This document shows positions 1 to 7,474 of a DNA stretch of 36,584 nucleotides, piece after piece. The DNA comes from an uncultured bacterium. GTDB lineage: Bacteria > Patescibacteriota > Patescibacteriia > Patescibacteriales > UBA12465. The position numbers and the translations under genes were made by a program. The DNA is taken from NCBI GenBank assembly GCA_942492765.1, contig OW818634.1, forward strand, positions 859,159 to 895,742, given 5' to 3'. Position 1 is the stretch's first letter. Each line of letters starts with the position of its first letter. Under the pieces are notes generated by a model. It made no database searches. It saw only the letters and a list, made by a program, of their open reading frames with translations, and was not told the origin of the DNA.

Positions 1-621
1 GGCCAGCCATTCGCCAGCCACCCGCTCGCTGTCGCCGAGAAAGTCATGGAACTGAGCGATAATCCGGAACTGGTCGCCGCTGCCCTGATTCATGACGGCG
101 TCGAAGATCAGCCTGACCGGATCTTTGTCGAGCGGCTTAACCGGAAATATCCGGATCGCGATTTCATCCACCTCGATATCGATGACCGGATCAAGGAGAA
201 GCATCGGGATGTCTTCAAGCGTTGGAGCTTCCGGGAGATTAAGGACCGCTTCGGCGATAAGATCGAGCATTACGTCGATCATATGACTAATCATGATTTT
301 AATTCCTTGGCCGAAGATTACGGCCTGACGGGCGAGAAGAAGCAGGACTTTATTAATCGGATGTATGCCGAGCATGTCGAAGAGATCATGAGCGACCCGG
401 AATTATTTACCCTCAAGCTCGCCGACCTGTCCGTCAATATTGATCTGCATTCGCTTGATCCTAAGAGCGAGAAATATCAGAAGCTGAAGCGGAAATATAA
501 GTCAGTCATCGAAGCGGTTCTCGAAAAGCTCAAGAGCCTCGAACCGGGCCATCCGATTTTCGAGAAGAAAGACGCCGTCGCCGCCGAACTCGCGGCCATC
601 TATCAAGAGCAATATGAATAA
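1..621 (+). CDS. RelA/SpoT-type HD-domain protein (small alarmone hydrolase/Mesh1-like), 5'-truncated by the window edge
   Basis: Frame +1 is open from base 1 and reads GQPFASHPLAVAEKVMEL..., like the SpoT GEPYxxHPxAVA motif. It also carries AAALIHDGVED (HDxxED) and LKLAD motifs. The ORF-track start at 46 is therefore probably internal. Confidence 0.75.
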   Translation, partial: GQPFASHPLAVAEKVMELSDNPELVAAALIHDGVEDQPDRIFVERLNRKYPDRDFIHLDIDDRIKEKHRDVFKRWSFREIKDRFGDKIEHYVDHMTNHDFNSLAEDYGLTGEKKQDFINRMYAEHVEEIMSDPELFTLKLADLSVNIDLHSLDPKSEKYQKLKRKYKSVIEAVLEKLKSLEPGHPIFEKKDAVAAELAAIYQEQYE

Positions 622-922
622 TCTGGAAATATCTGATCAATCGCTTTATATCCTAGTTTCGCTCTTAGCGATCAATCTGCTCGCGTTCCTGATCATGCTG
701 GCTGACAAAGTCAGTTCGGCGAATTCTGACGCAAGGCGGATCTCCGAGGGTAAGATGTTCTTTTTGGCAGCCATTGGTGGCAGCTTGGGCGTTTATTTAG
801 GCATGTTCGCTTTTCGTCATAAGACCCAGAAATGGTATTTTCTCATCGGCATTCCGCTGCTCATGATTCAGAACGCGTCTCTCGCTTATCTGATTTATCT
901 TTTCTTGGTCGGTTCGGCTTGA
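614..922 (+). CDS. DUF1294 family small membrane protein
   Basis: Contains LINLLAFLIMLADK..., RRISE..F.LA.IGGSLG..LGM..FRHKTQK..F, the typical DUF1294 pattern. The start overlaps the upstream stop. Confidence 0.85.
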   Translation: MNNLEISDQSLYILVSLLAINLLAFLIMLADKVSSANSDARRISEGKMFFLAAIGGSLGVYLGMFAFRHKTQKWYFLIGIPLLMIQNASLAYLIYLFLVGSA

Positions 923-991
923 GGCTTTAAGCCCTGTAGCCTTTTCATTTACAGGGAATCGAGATAATGGTAAAATTATTATCATAATTAT

Positions 992-1234
992 ATGAAAGCT
1001 GAAAAAATTTCAAAATCCGTGGTCGACAAGACCCCGAAGAACTTAGCGGCCTGCGCTTGCGCGCATTGCCCTAGTTATAACGATTGCTCCCGAGGAAAAG
1101 AGGAGCTTTTATTTTGTTCGGATGCGATCGGCAAGAGCACTTGCGCTTATAAGATGAACGGCTGCCTCTGCGGCCCCTGTCCAGTGCATCAGGAATACGC
1201 CTTGAAATCTGGTTATTATTGCATCAACGGCTAA
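992..1234 (+). CDS. Small Cys-rich protein, DUF2769-like (putative metal/Fe-S binding)
   Basis: 80 aa with 10 Cys: CxCxxCPSY...LFC...GKSxC...CLCxxCPV...YYC. Confidence 0.7.
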   Translation: MKAEKISKSVVDKTPKNLAACACAHCPSYNDCSRGKEELLFCSDAIGKSTCAYKMNGCLCGPCPVHQEYALKSGYYCING

Positions 1235-1235
1235 T

Positions 1236-2105
1236 ATGAAAACAATAGATAAGGACACCGCTCGCTTTGAAGCGATCCGGAAGAGTACGATCGCAGAAGC
1301 TAAGCGCCTCTTGAAAACTAAGAAAACTATCAAGGCCTTAGGCATTTCCGGTTCTAATCGGGACGAGTTCGATATGGCCGGCGAGAATAGTAACTCTGAG
1401 TTCTTATTGAAAGCCTGTCTGGCGGAATTGAAGCGCTTAGGCGCGGTTACGGAATTATTGCCGTTGCGCAAATATGATATCAAGCCTTGCAAGGCCTGTT
1501 ATTCGACCGCGAATAACCAGTGCCATTTTCCTTGTTCTTGTTATCAGAAGGGAACGCCTCTGGCTGATGATATGAGCAAGCTCATCTACGATAAAGTATT
1601 AGCAGCCGACATCATTATCTTCGCTACTCCGGTCAATAATTTCAAAATATCCTCTCTCATGGCTTTATTCATAGATCGCTGCATCTCTCTGGACGGGAGC
1701 TTAGCGCCGGCTGATCCCAAAGCTAAGAAGAATAAAGAATTAAATAAGAAGCACGCGCAGTTTGTTAGCGACCATTCTGATCCAAAGATTTTTGGCAGCG
1801 GCTTCCTGCGCCGCTTCGTCGGCAAGACCGCCGGCATCATCGTGACCGGCCACGAAGCTGGCGCCAGCCTGACCATTTCTTCGCTATTTATGACTTTGAA
1901 TAATTTCGGCATGGTCTTTCCGGCTTGGAGCACGATGTATGCTATGAATACCATTCTTGATCTGACTGGCGACGATAAGAAGAAGGTCACGGCTCAGCCG
2001 TATGTCGTTGACGCCAAGGACATCGCGAATAATACCTTTATCATGGCTAAGAAATTGAAAGAGCTGTCGAAGGATAAATGGCGCAATGATCCATCGAGAA
2101 ATTAA
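1236..2105 (+). CDS. Flavodoxin-fold NAD(P)H-dependent FMN reductase / iron-sulfur flavoprotein-like protein
   Basis: ALGISGSNR...NS (FMN phosphate loop), IKPCKACYST...CHFPCSC Cys cluster, and ADIIIFATPV..F..SS.M..FIDR. Confidence 0.8.
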   Translation: MKTIDKDTARFEAIRKSTIAEAKRLLKTKKTIKALGISGSNRDEFDMAGENSNSEFLLKACLAELKRLGAVTELLPLRKYDIKPCKACYSTANNQCHFPCSCYQKGTPLADDMSKLIYDKVLAADIIIFATPVNNFKISSLMALFIDRCISLDGSLAPADPKAKKNKELNKKHAQFVSDHSDPKIFGSGFLRRFVGKTAGIIVTGHEAGASLTISSLFMTLNNFGMVFPAWSTMYAMNTILDLTGDDKKKVTAQPYVVDAKDIANNTFIMAKKLKELSKDKWRNDPSRN

Positions 2106-2141
2106 TAAATTTATTTAGTTCATTCTAACTAACCAAACAAT

Positions 2142-2588
2142 ATGAAAAAAATCTTCAGCTTAGCGGCCCTGACCGCCATCGTTCTTGTCAGCGGCGGCTG
2201 CAGTCTGACTAAGACCGCTCCAGTCGATCAGTCCGCTCCAGTCGATCAGACTGTCCCGGTCGATCAGCCGGCGGCTGTCGATTCTGCGCCAGCGGATAAT
2301 TCCGCTGCCGCGTCCGCGCCGGTTTCTTTGCCTGTTGAAGTGCCTCTCGCGGCTAGTGTCGATATCAGCAGTTTTTCTTTTTCGCCCAGCCTCTTGAATA
2401 TCAAGCCGGGAACGACGGTTACCTGGACGAATAGTGATGCGGTTCCGCATACCGTTAAATTTGCGGATTTCCTCTCCGATGCCATGGAAGAAGGCCAGAG
2501 CTTCTCTTATACTTTCAATGATTCCGGCATCTTCGAATATAGCTGCTCTATTCATTCGTCGATGACCGGCAAGATAATCGTCCAATAA
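2142..2588 (+). CDS. Membrane-anchored cupredoxin (type-1 blue copper, amicyanin/plastocyanin-like) lipoprotein
   Basis: Signal peptide ending in SGGC, Pro/Ala-rich stalk, F.P..L.I..G.TVTWTN, and ligands H103, C135, H138, M141. Confidence 0.85.
   Translation: MKKIFSLAALTAIVLVSGGCSLTKTAPVDQSAPVDQTVPVDQPAAVDSAPADNSAAASAPVSLPVEVPLAASVDISSFSFSPSLLNIKPGTTVTWTNSDAVPHTVKFADFLSDAMEEGQSFSYTFNDSGIFEYSCSIHSSMTGKIIVQ
2215..2286 (+). repeat. 18-bp tandem repeat x4 (degenerate) encoding the APVDQS/T stalk of the cupredoxin
   Basis: ccgctccagtcgatcagt / ccgctccagtcgatcaga / ctgtcccggtcgatcagc / cggcggctgtcgattctg. Confidence 0.85.
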
Positions 2589-2589
2589 T

Positions 2590-2814
2590 ATGATCCATAA
2601 ATTCGCTTTGATCCTAGTTTGGGGCCGGCCGCTGTTCGCCTATTTCGGCCTATTGACCTTCTTGCTGATCTTGTCGGCTGCGACTGTCGGCCGCTTGAAT
2701 TTCAAAGGTAACTCGACTATCCCTTTCAAGTGGCATCCGCGCCTGGCCATAACTGCCATAATTATCGGCTCTATCCACATGTTTTTGGCGCTTTCTGTCT
2801 TTTTCGGCTACTAA
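2590..2814 (+). CDS. 74-aa two-TM membrane protein with His49/His63 pair (ferric-reductase-like TM fragment)
   Basis: Two hydrophobic helices; FKWHPRLAITAIIIGSIH. There is a 1-nt gap after the cupredoxin stop. Confidence 0.7.
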   Translation: MIHKFALILVWGRPLFAYFGLLTFLLILSAATVGRLNFKGNSTIPFKWHPRLAITAIIIGSIHMFLALSVFFGY

Positions 2815-2893
2815 GTCGGGAATCTTCTGTTTTTCCCGGAGATAAGCTATAATGATAATAGGTTATATTTAATCATTTTTTAGATAAAAAACT

Positions 2894-3283
2894 ATGAGAA
2901 TTTTAATCATTGATGACGACATCAGCGCCGCTACTACCCTCAAGGCCCTCTTGATGAGCCAGGAAAATTTTGATATCGATGTAGTCTATGCCGGCCGCGA
3001 AGGCTTAAATAAGATGATTGCCGAGCCGTCTTACGATCTGCTCATCCTCGATATCATGATGCCTGATTTTAGCGGCATCGAGGTCTGTCGCGCTATGGCC
3101 GCTAATGAGAAGTTGAAGCAGATTCCGGTCATGCTCGCTTCCGCTCTGCCGATCACTTCTAAAGAGCTGGGCGACCTGATGGCTGAATTCAAGGCCTTGA
3201 ATGTCGTCAAAGGCGTTTTAGAAAAGCCTTTCGTCGTTGAAGACCTGCTTACCGAAATCCATCGCATCGTCGATAAGAAATAA
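2894..3283 (+). CDS. Single-domain response regulator (receiver only)
   Basis: MRILIIDDD, LLILDIMMP (phospho-Asp), LASA, EKPF. Confidence 0.9.
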   Translation: MRILIIDDDISAATTLKALLMSQENFDIDVVYAGREGLNKMIAEPSYDLLILDIMMPDFSGIEVCRAMAANEKLKQIPVMLASALPITSKELGDLMAEFKALNVVKGVLEKPFVVEDLLTEIHRIVDKK

Positions 3284-3687
3284 TGCGGACTATGAAGATC
3301 CTTATCGTAGACAACGACGTCAGTACAGTCACTACTCTCAAAGCCTTGCTCTTGAGCCAGGCCTCTTTTGAGATTGATACGGCTTTCGGCGGACAGGAAG
3401 GGCTTGATAAGATGACGGCTCATCCTGATTATGACCTAGTGCTTTTAGATATTATGATGCCGACTGTCAGTGGCATGGACGTCTGTCAGGCCATGATGAA
3501 AAATTATCGTTTGCGGGAGATCCCGGTGCTCCTCATGTCTTCGGCTCTGCCTATCCCTCCGGGAGAATTCCACCAGTCGCTCGAAAGATTCAGCGCCCTG
3601 AGCGTTGTCAAAGGCGTGATTGAAAAGCCTTTCGTCATCGGCGATTTGTTAGCGGAGATAAATAAGACTGCTCGCCGCCCTCTATAA
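3283..3687 (+). CDS. Single-domain response regulator (receiver only), paralog of the upstream gene; start may be 3292
   Basis: MKILIVDND, LVLLDIMMP, LMSSA, EKPF. Confidence 0.9.
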   Translation: MRTMKILIVDNDVSTVTTLKALLLSQASFEIDTAFGGQEGLDKMTAHPDYDLVLLDIMMPTVSGMDVCQAMMKNYRLREIPVLLMSSALPIPPGEFHQSLERFSALSVVKGVIEKPFVIGDLLAEINKTARRPL

Positions 3688-3688
3688 T

Positions 3689-4933
3689 ATGATTTACGAC
3701 GTAGCGGTAATCGGCGGCGGCGCTTCCGGACTGATGGCTGCCGGCCGAGCCGGCGAACAGGGAGCCAAGGTTGTCCTGCTCGAGAAGAACGGGTCTGTCG
3801 GTCTCAAGCTGCTTATGACCGGCGGTACGCGTTGCAATCTGACTAATAATATTGCGGATTCTAAGATATTGGCGACTAATTTCGGCTCAGCGGGCCGTTT
3901 TTTAATTTCCGCTTTTTCCCGTTTCGGTCCGAAGGAAGTGATCGCTTTTTTCAATGGCCGCGGCGTAGCCACGAAGATTGAGAATAATAATCGTGTCTTT
4001 CCGGTGAGCGATAACGGCCGGGAAGTCTTGAAAGTTTTAGTCGATTACGCGCAGGCGGCCGGCGTCATGATTATGACTAACGCGGTCGTCAAGAACATAA
4101 TTCTCGAAAAAGGGAAGATAGCCGAGCTTGTCTTATCCGACGGGAAGAAGATAAAAGCTATAAATTATATCATCGCGACTGGCGGGCGCTCGTATCCCGT
4201 CACTGGCTCGAGCGGCGACGCTTATGACTGGCTGCGCCGTTTGGGGCATAATATAATAACGCCGTCTCCGGCTCTAGTTTCGATCCTAGTCGAGAATGAT
4301 TTTATCGCTGCGCTCGAAGGACTGAGCCGAGAAGAAGTGAGGCTGACCTTATGGCAAGACAAGAAAAAGATCGCGAGCGAGAACGGCGATATCCTTTTTA
4401 TGGCCGCTGGTCTTAGCGGCCCGGCCGCTTTGAATCTTAGCCGTTTCATCAGGCTGCCTTTGAGCGATAATCTGAGCTTGTCAATAGATTTTTTTCCTGA
4501 ATTCAAGATCGAAAGCCTAGATGAAGAGCTAAGGAAGATATTTTCCGGCAGCAATAAGGCGGTCAGGAATAGCTTGGCCGGAATCATCCCGCCCAAGCTT
4601 ATTCCCGTGATCGGCTCGTTAGCGCCGCTAGATATGGATAAGCTGGCTAATTCCGTCTCTAAGATAGAGCGCCAGCAGCTCGGCGGCTTGCTGAAGGATT
4701 TTCGTCTCGGCCTCAGAGGCCTAGGCGGATATGACAAGGCTATGATCACTGCGGGCGGCTTAGATCTGAAAGAAGTCGATCCCAAGACGCTGCGGTCGAA
4801 AATCATCCCTAATCTTTTCGTGGCCGGAGAAGTGCTTGATATCGCCGGACCGACCGGCGGTTTTAATCTCCAGGCTTGCTGGAGTACGGGCCGCATCGCC
4901 GGTGAAGCAGCGGCCCGGGTTAAAGCGGATTGA
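3689..4933 (+). CDS. HI0933/BaiN(YhiN)-family NAD(P)/FAD-dependent oxidoreductase
   Basis: VIGGGASGLMAA, KLLMTGGTRCNLTN, ATGGRSYPVTGSSGD, TAGG, AGEVLD..GPTGGFNLQ..WSTG. Confidence 0.92.
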   Translation: MIYDVAVIGGGASGLMAAGRAGEQGAKVVLLEKNGSVGLKLLMTGGTRCNLTNNIADSKILATNFGSAGRFLISAFSRFGPKEVIAFFNGRGVATKIENNNRVFPVSDNGREVLKVLVDYAQAAGVMIMTNAVVKNIILEKGKIAELVLSDGKKIKAINYIIATGGRSYPVTGSSGDAYDWLRRLGHNIITPSPALVSILVENDFIAALEGLSREEVRLTLWQDKKKIASENGDILFMAAGLSGPAALNLSRFIRLPLSDNLSLSIDFFPEFKIESLDEELRKIFSGSNKAVRNSLAGIIPPKLIPVIGSLAPLDMDKLANSVSKIERQQLGGLLKDFRLGLRGLGGYDKAMITAGGLDLKEVDPKTLRSKIIPNLFVAGEVLDIAGPTGGFNLQACWSTGRIAGEAAARVKAD

Positions 4934-4959
4934 AGAAATCGCCTCCAGCCGGCGTATTA
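4931..4959 (+). promoter_or_regulatory. Putative ECF sigma promoter, copy 1 (upstream of the sigma gene)
   Basis: tGAAGAAatcgcctccagcCGGCGTATTA. The same motif occurs at 6491 and 7395. The -10 CGTA resembles B. subtilis SigW promoters. Confidence 0.75.
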
Positions 4960-4990
4960 GCTTGACCGACAATATAATAATAACCCTAGC

Positions 4991-5575
4991 ATGATCGATA
5001 CTACTGGCGCGCAAAATTTAAGCGATGCGGAGCTTGTCAGTCTGACCCTGGAGAATCAGGATAATTTTTTATATCTAGTTGATCGGTATAAGGGCAAGCT
5101 GATGAATTATATCCGGCGCCTGACTAATATCAATGACGATGACGCTGAAGATATTCTTCAAGATGTCTTTATCAAGGTTTATCTGAATCTGAACGGCTTT
5201 GATACGGATTTGAAATTTTCTTCTTGGATATATCGGATCACGCATAATCAAGTCATCAGCCAGCACCGCAAGCTCAAGGCGCGGCCCGAGGGTTATGCCG
5301 TCAATATAGAAGATAAAGCTGCTTTAAGCTTGGCCGCGGATATTGATATAGAAGCCGGCGCCGACCTGAATATCATGAAGCATAATATCGCTAAGGTGCT
5401 CGGCGGCTTGGATCAGAAATATCGCGATATCCTGATCTTGAAGTTCTTGGAAGAGAAGAATTATCAGGAAATTTCCGATATTATCCGGAAACCGGCCGGC
5501 ACGGTCGCCTCGATGATCAATAAGGCTAAGAGCGAGTTTAAGAAAGAGCTCGTTAAGCAGAACATCATCTTATAA
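4991..5575 (+). CDS. ECF RNA polymerase sigma factor (SigW-like)
   Basis: Region 2: DAEDILQDVFIKVY...KFSSWIYRI.HN...RK. Region 4: L..KYR.ILILK..E...YQEISDI...P.GTV.S.IN.AK. Confidence 0.93.
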   Translation: MIDTTGAQNLSDAELVSLTLENQDNFLYLVDRYKGKLMNYIRRLTNINDDDAEDILQDVFIKVYLNLNGFDTDLKFSSWIYRITHNQVISQHRKLKARPEGYAVNIEDKAALSLAADIDIEAGADLNIMKHNIAKVLGGLDQKYRDILILKFLEEKNYQEISDIIRKPAGTVASMINKAKSEFKKELVKQNIIL

Positions 5576-5579
5576 ACAT

Positions 5580-6425
5580 ATGAACCATAATGAATTCGAC
5601 CAGAAATTGGTAGAAAAGATAAAAGAAGAGAAGATGGCGCCTAAGCCGCGCTGGCATTTTTTATTGAAGAACCAGGTAGTCTGGGTAGCTGGGACGCTGG
5701 CGCTTCTGATCGGAGCGGTGGCAGTTTCGGTCATGATCTATCTCTTGAAGAATAACGGTTGGGAATTGCAGGCGCAGACTAATAAGAGCATCCTGGAATT
5801 TTTCCTGCTGACTATGCCTTATTTCTGGATAATTTTTCTAGGGACATTCGTCTTCATTCTCTATTATAATGTTAAGCATACTGCCAAGGGTTATCGTTAT
5901 CCGGTCTGGATAATCGCTGTTTCTGGCGTCTTAGCTAGTTTCCTCTTAGGCAGCATCCTCTCCTTGTTTGGAGTGGGGCGGGCGATTGATAACGTCCTAG
6001 GGGAACGCGCCCCTTTATATGAGAAGGTTATCAATCGCCAGTTATCGTTTTGGTTTAATCCCGCTGAAGGGCGCCTAGCCGGGGTAATCGCCAGCGAAGT
6101 CGCGGACGGAAATTTTTATCTGGTCGATCCGGCCGGAGAAGCTTGGCAGATCACGAGCCAGAATCTGCGCGACGATGCGCCGATGGCTGATTTCCTGAAA
6201 GTCGGAGAACCGGTTAACCTGATCGGCAAAATCACGGAGGAAAATAGATTCCGCGCGGATTTCATCAGGCCGCTCGTTCCTGGACGCCGCTTTTTCGATC
6301 GTCCTAATATTCAAGAGCATCGCGGCCGCTGTCTGAAGGATAATTGCCTGAGACCGCTGCCGCCGCGGCCGATGCCGGAGAAGATGATGAGGCTAGACAT
6401 TATTCAAGAGCAGCCGGTCCGATAG
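5580..6425 (+). CDS. Multi-pass membrane protein, putative anti-sigma factor
   Basis: Starts 4 nt after the sigma stop. It has a short basic N-terminus, about 3-4 TM helices and a soluble C-terminal domain. Function is inferred from position only. Confidence 0.55.
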   Translation: MNHNEFDQKLVEKIKEEKMAPKPRWHFLLKNQVVWVAGTLALLIGAVAVSVMIYLLKNNGWELQAQTNKSILEFFLLTMPYFWIIFLGTFVFILYYNVKHTAKGYRYPVWIIAVSGVLASFLLGSILSLFGVGRAIDNVLGERAPLYEKVINRQLSFWFNPAEGRLAGVIASEVADGNFYLVDPAGEAWQITSQNLRDDAPMADFLKVGEPVNLIGKITEENRFRADFIRPLVPGRRFFDRPNIQEHRGRCLKDNCLRPLPPRPMPEKMMRLDIIQEQPVR

Positions 6426-6434
6426 GCTTTTACT

Positions 6435-6464
6435 AAAAATTTCCGCCAGCTGGCGGATTTTTTT
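6435..6464 (+). terminator. Intrinsic terminator
   Basis: tccgcc-agct-ggcgga stem followed by a T7 tract and preceded by an A5 tract. Confidence 0.8.
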
Positions 6465-6490
6465 GTAGCCTTTCAGCGATCGCCTTGACT

Positions 6491-6519
6491 CGAAGAAATA
6501 TTTTGGCATCGGCGTATTA
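6491..6519 (+). promoter_or_regulatory. Putative ECF sigma promoter, copy 2
   Basis: cGAAGAAatattttggcatCGGCGTATTA, with spacing identical to copy 1. Confidence 0.75.
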
Positions 6520-6600
6520 TCAAGTACGAAGGAAAACGAGGGCCCTCCTTTCCGCCAAAAGATTAATCATTAATCGACTTATTAACTAACTTATAAAAAT

Positions 6601-7083
6601 ATGAAACTGAATAACTTAACCAAAGGCGTCATCGCTTTTTCTACCCTCTCGATATTAGCGAGCGGAGCTTTGATGGCTAGCGCCGCGACTGATACGGCCG
6701 CTGCTAGTACGGCTAATGCGGTTGGAAACGGCCGTGGCCGCGGATTAGCGAAAGAAGCTCGAATTAGGCCGGAGAATATGACTGAGGCCCAGAAGGCAGC
6801 GGTTGAGGCTCGCCGGACGGAAATGGAAACAAAAATGACTGCAGTTAAAGCAGCTTTGACCGCCTCTGATTATAACGCTTGGGTGGCAGCGGAAAAAGCG
6901 ATCAATGAAGATTGCCCGATGCTGACTAAGGTAACTGCTGATAATTTCAGTAAGTATGCTGAGGCTATGAAGCTTCGCTTCCAGGCCGACACGATCATGA
7001 AGGACCTGGGAATCGATGGTCCGGGCATGGGTCTTGGTCTGGGCATGGGAATGGGCAGAGGTAATGGCCAAGCTCAGAAATAA
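6601..7083 (+). CDS. Secreted hypothetical protein with Gly/Arg- and Gly/Met-rich segments
   Basis: Signal peptide (..LMASA-A), GNGRGRG, helical core, C-terminal GPGMGLGLGMGMGRG. Confidence 0.75.
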   Translation: MKLNNLTKGVIAFSTLSILASGALMASAATDTAAASTANAVGNGRGRGLAKEARIRPENMTEAQKAAVEARRTEMETKMTAVKAALTASDYNAWVAAEKAINEDCPMLTKVTADNFSKYAEAMKLRFQADTIMKDLGIDGPGMGLGLGMGMGRGNGQAQK

Positions 7084-7115
7084 TAGCGGCTTAGGTTAAT
7101 TAACATAAATTTTTT

Positions 7116-7343
7116 ATGAAGAAGATGAAGGGTGTCTTGTTAGTTTCCATTTTTCTTCTGCTCCCGTTAGTATTCTTGACCGGATGCAGCAAAATCTCGC
7201 TGACCGGTTCGGCTACTGGCGTTCCAGCTGGTAATCAGATGGGAACTCCTCCTGAAGGCGGTATTCCTCCTGAAGGCGGAGCCGCGCCCATTGACGGAGA
7301 CATGCCTCCTGCAGGCGCTCCGAATGGCGCTCCAGCCAATTAA
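7116..7343 (+). CDS. Small lipoprotein with a Pro/Gly-rich disordered tail
   Basis: Lipobox FLTGC; the PPEGG repeat occurs twice (cctcctgaaggcgg x2). Confidence 0.7.
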   Translation: MKKMKGVLLVSIFLLLPLVFLTGCSKISLTGSATGVPAGNQMGTPPEGGIPPEGGAAPIDGDMPPAGAPNGAPAN

Positions 7344-7354
7344 AGGCGAATAAG

Positions 7355-7384
7355 AAAACAACCCGTTTCCGGCGGGTTGTTTTT
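7355..7384 (+). terminator. Intrinsic terminator
   Basis: aaaacaacccg-tttccgg-cgggttgtttt. Confidence 0.85.
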
Positions 7385-7394
7385 GCGTAATCAG

Positions 7395-7422
7395 CGAAGA
7401 ATTTTCTTTTGTCGGCGTATTA
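7395..7422 (+). promoter_or_regulatory. Putative ECF sigma promoter, copy 3 (upstream of the lipoprotein-MacAB-like operon)
   Basis: cGAAGAAttttcttttgtCGGCGTATTA, with a spacer 1 nt shorter than copies 1 and 2. Confidence 0.72.
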
Positions 7423-7474
7423 TTATTTATAGGCTTCAATGCTTGCCTATTATTGACATATTTTTAAAAAAATT

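Noticed and set aside
932-956. Hairpin ccctgta-N11-tacaggg before the redox operon as a riboswitch or terminator
   Set aside because: Short 7-bp stem, no U tract, and no recognisable aptamer; there is too little support for a call.
4222-4896. 224-aa minus-strand ORF, and similar shadow ORFs (1109..1492, 15057..15485, 15634..16158, 22760..23263, 24539..25096, 25641..25964)
   Set aside because: They lie largely antisense to well-supported genes, have no recognisable motifs, and are expected shadows of GC-rich codon usage.
6531-6553. GAGGGCCCTC palindrome in the leader of the 6601 gene as an ncRNA
   Set aside because: Too short, with no covariation evidence available; it could be a simple 5' stabilising hairpin.
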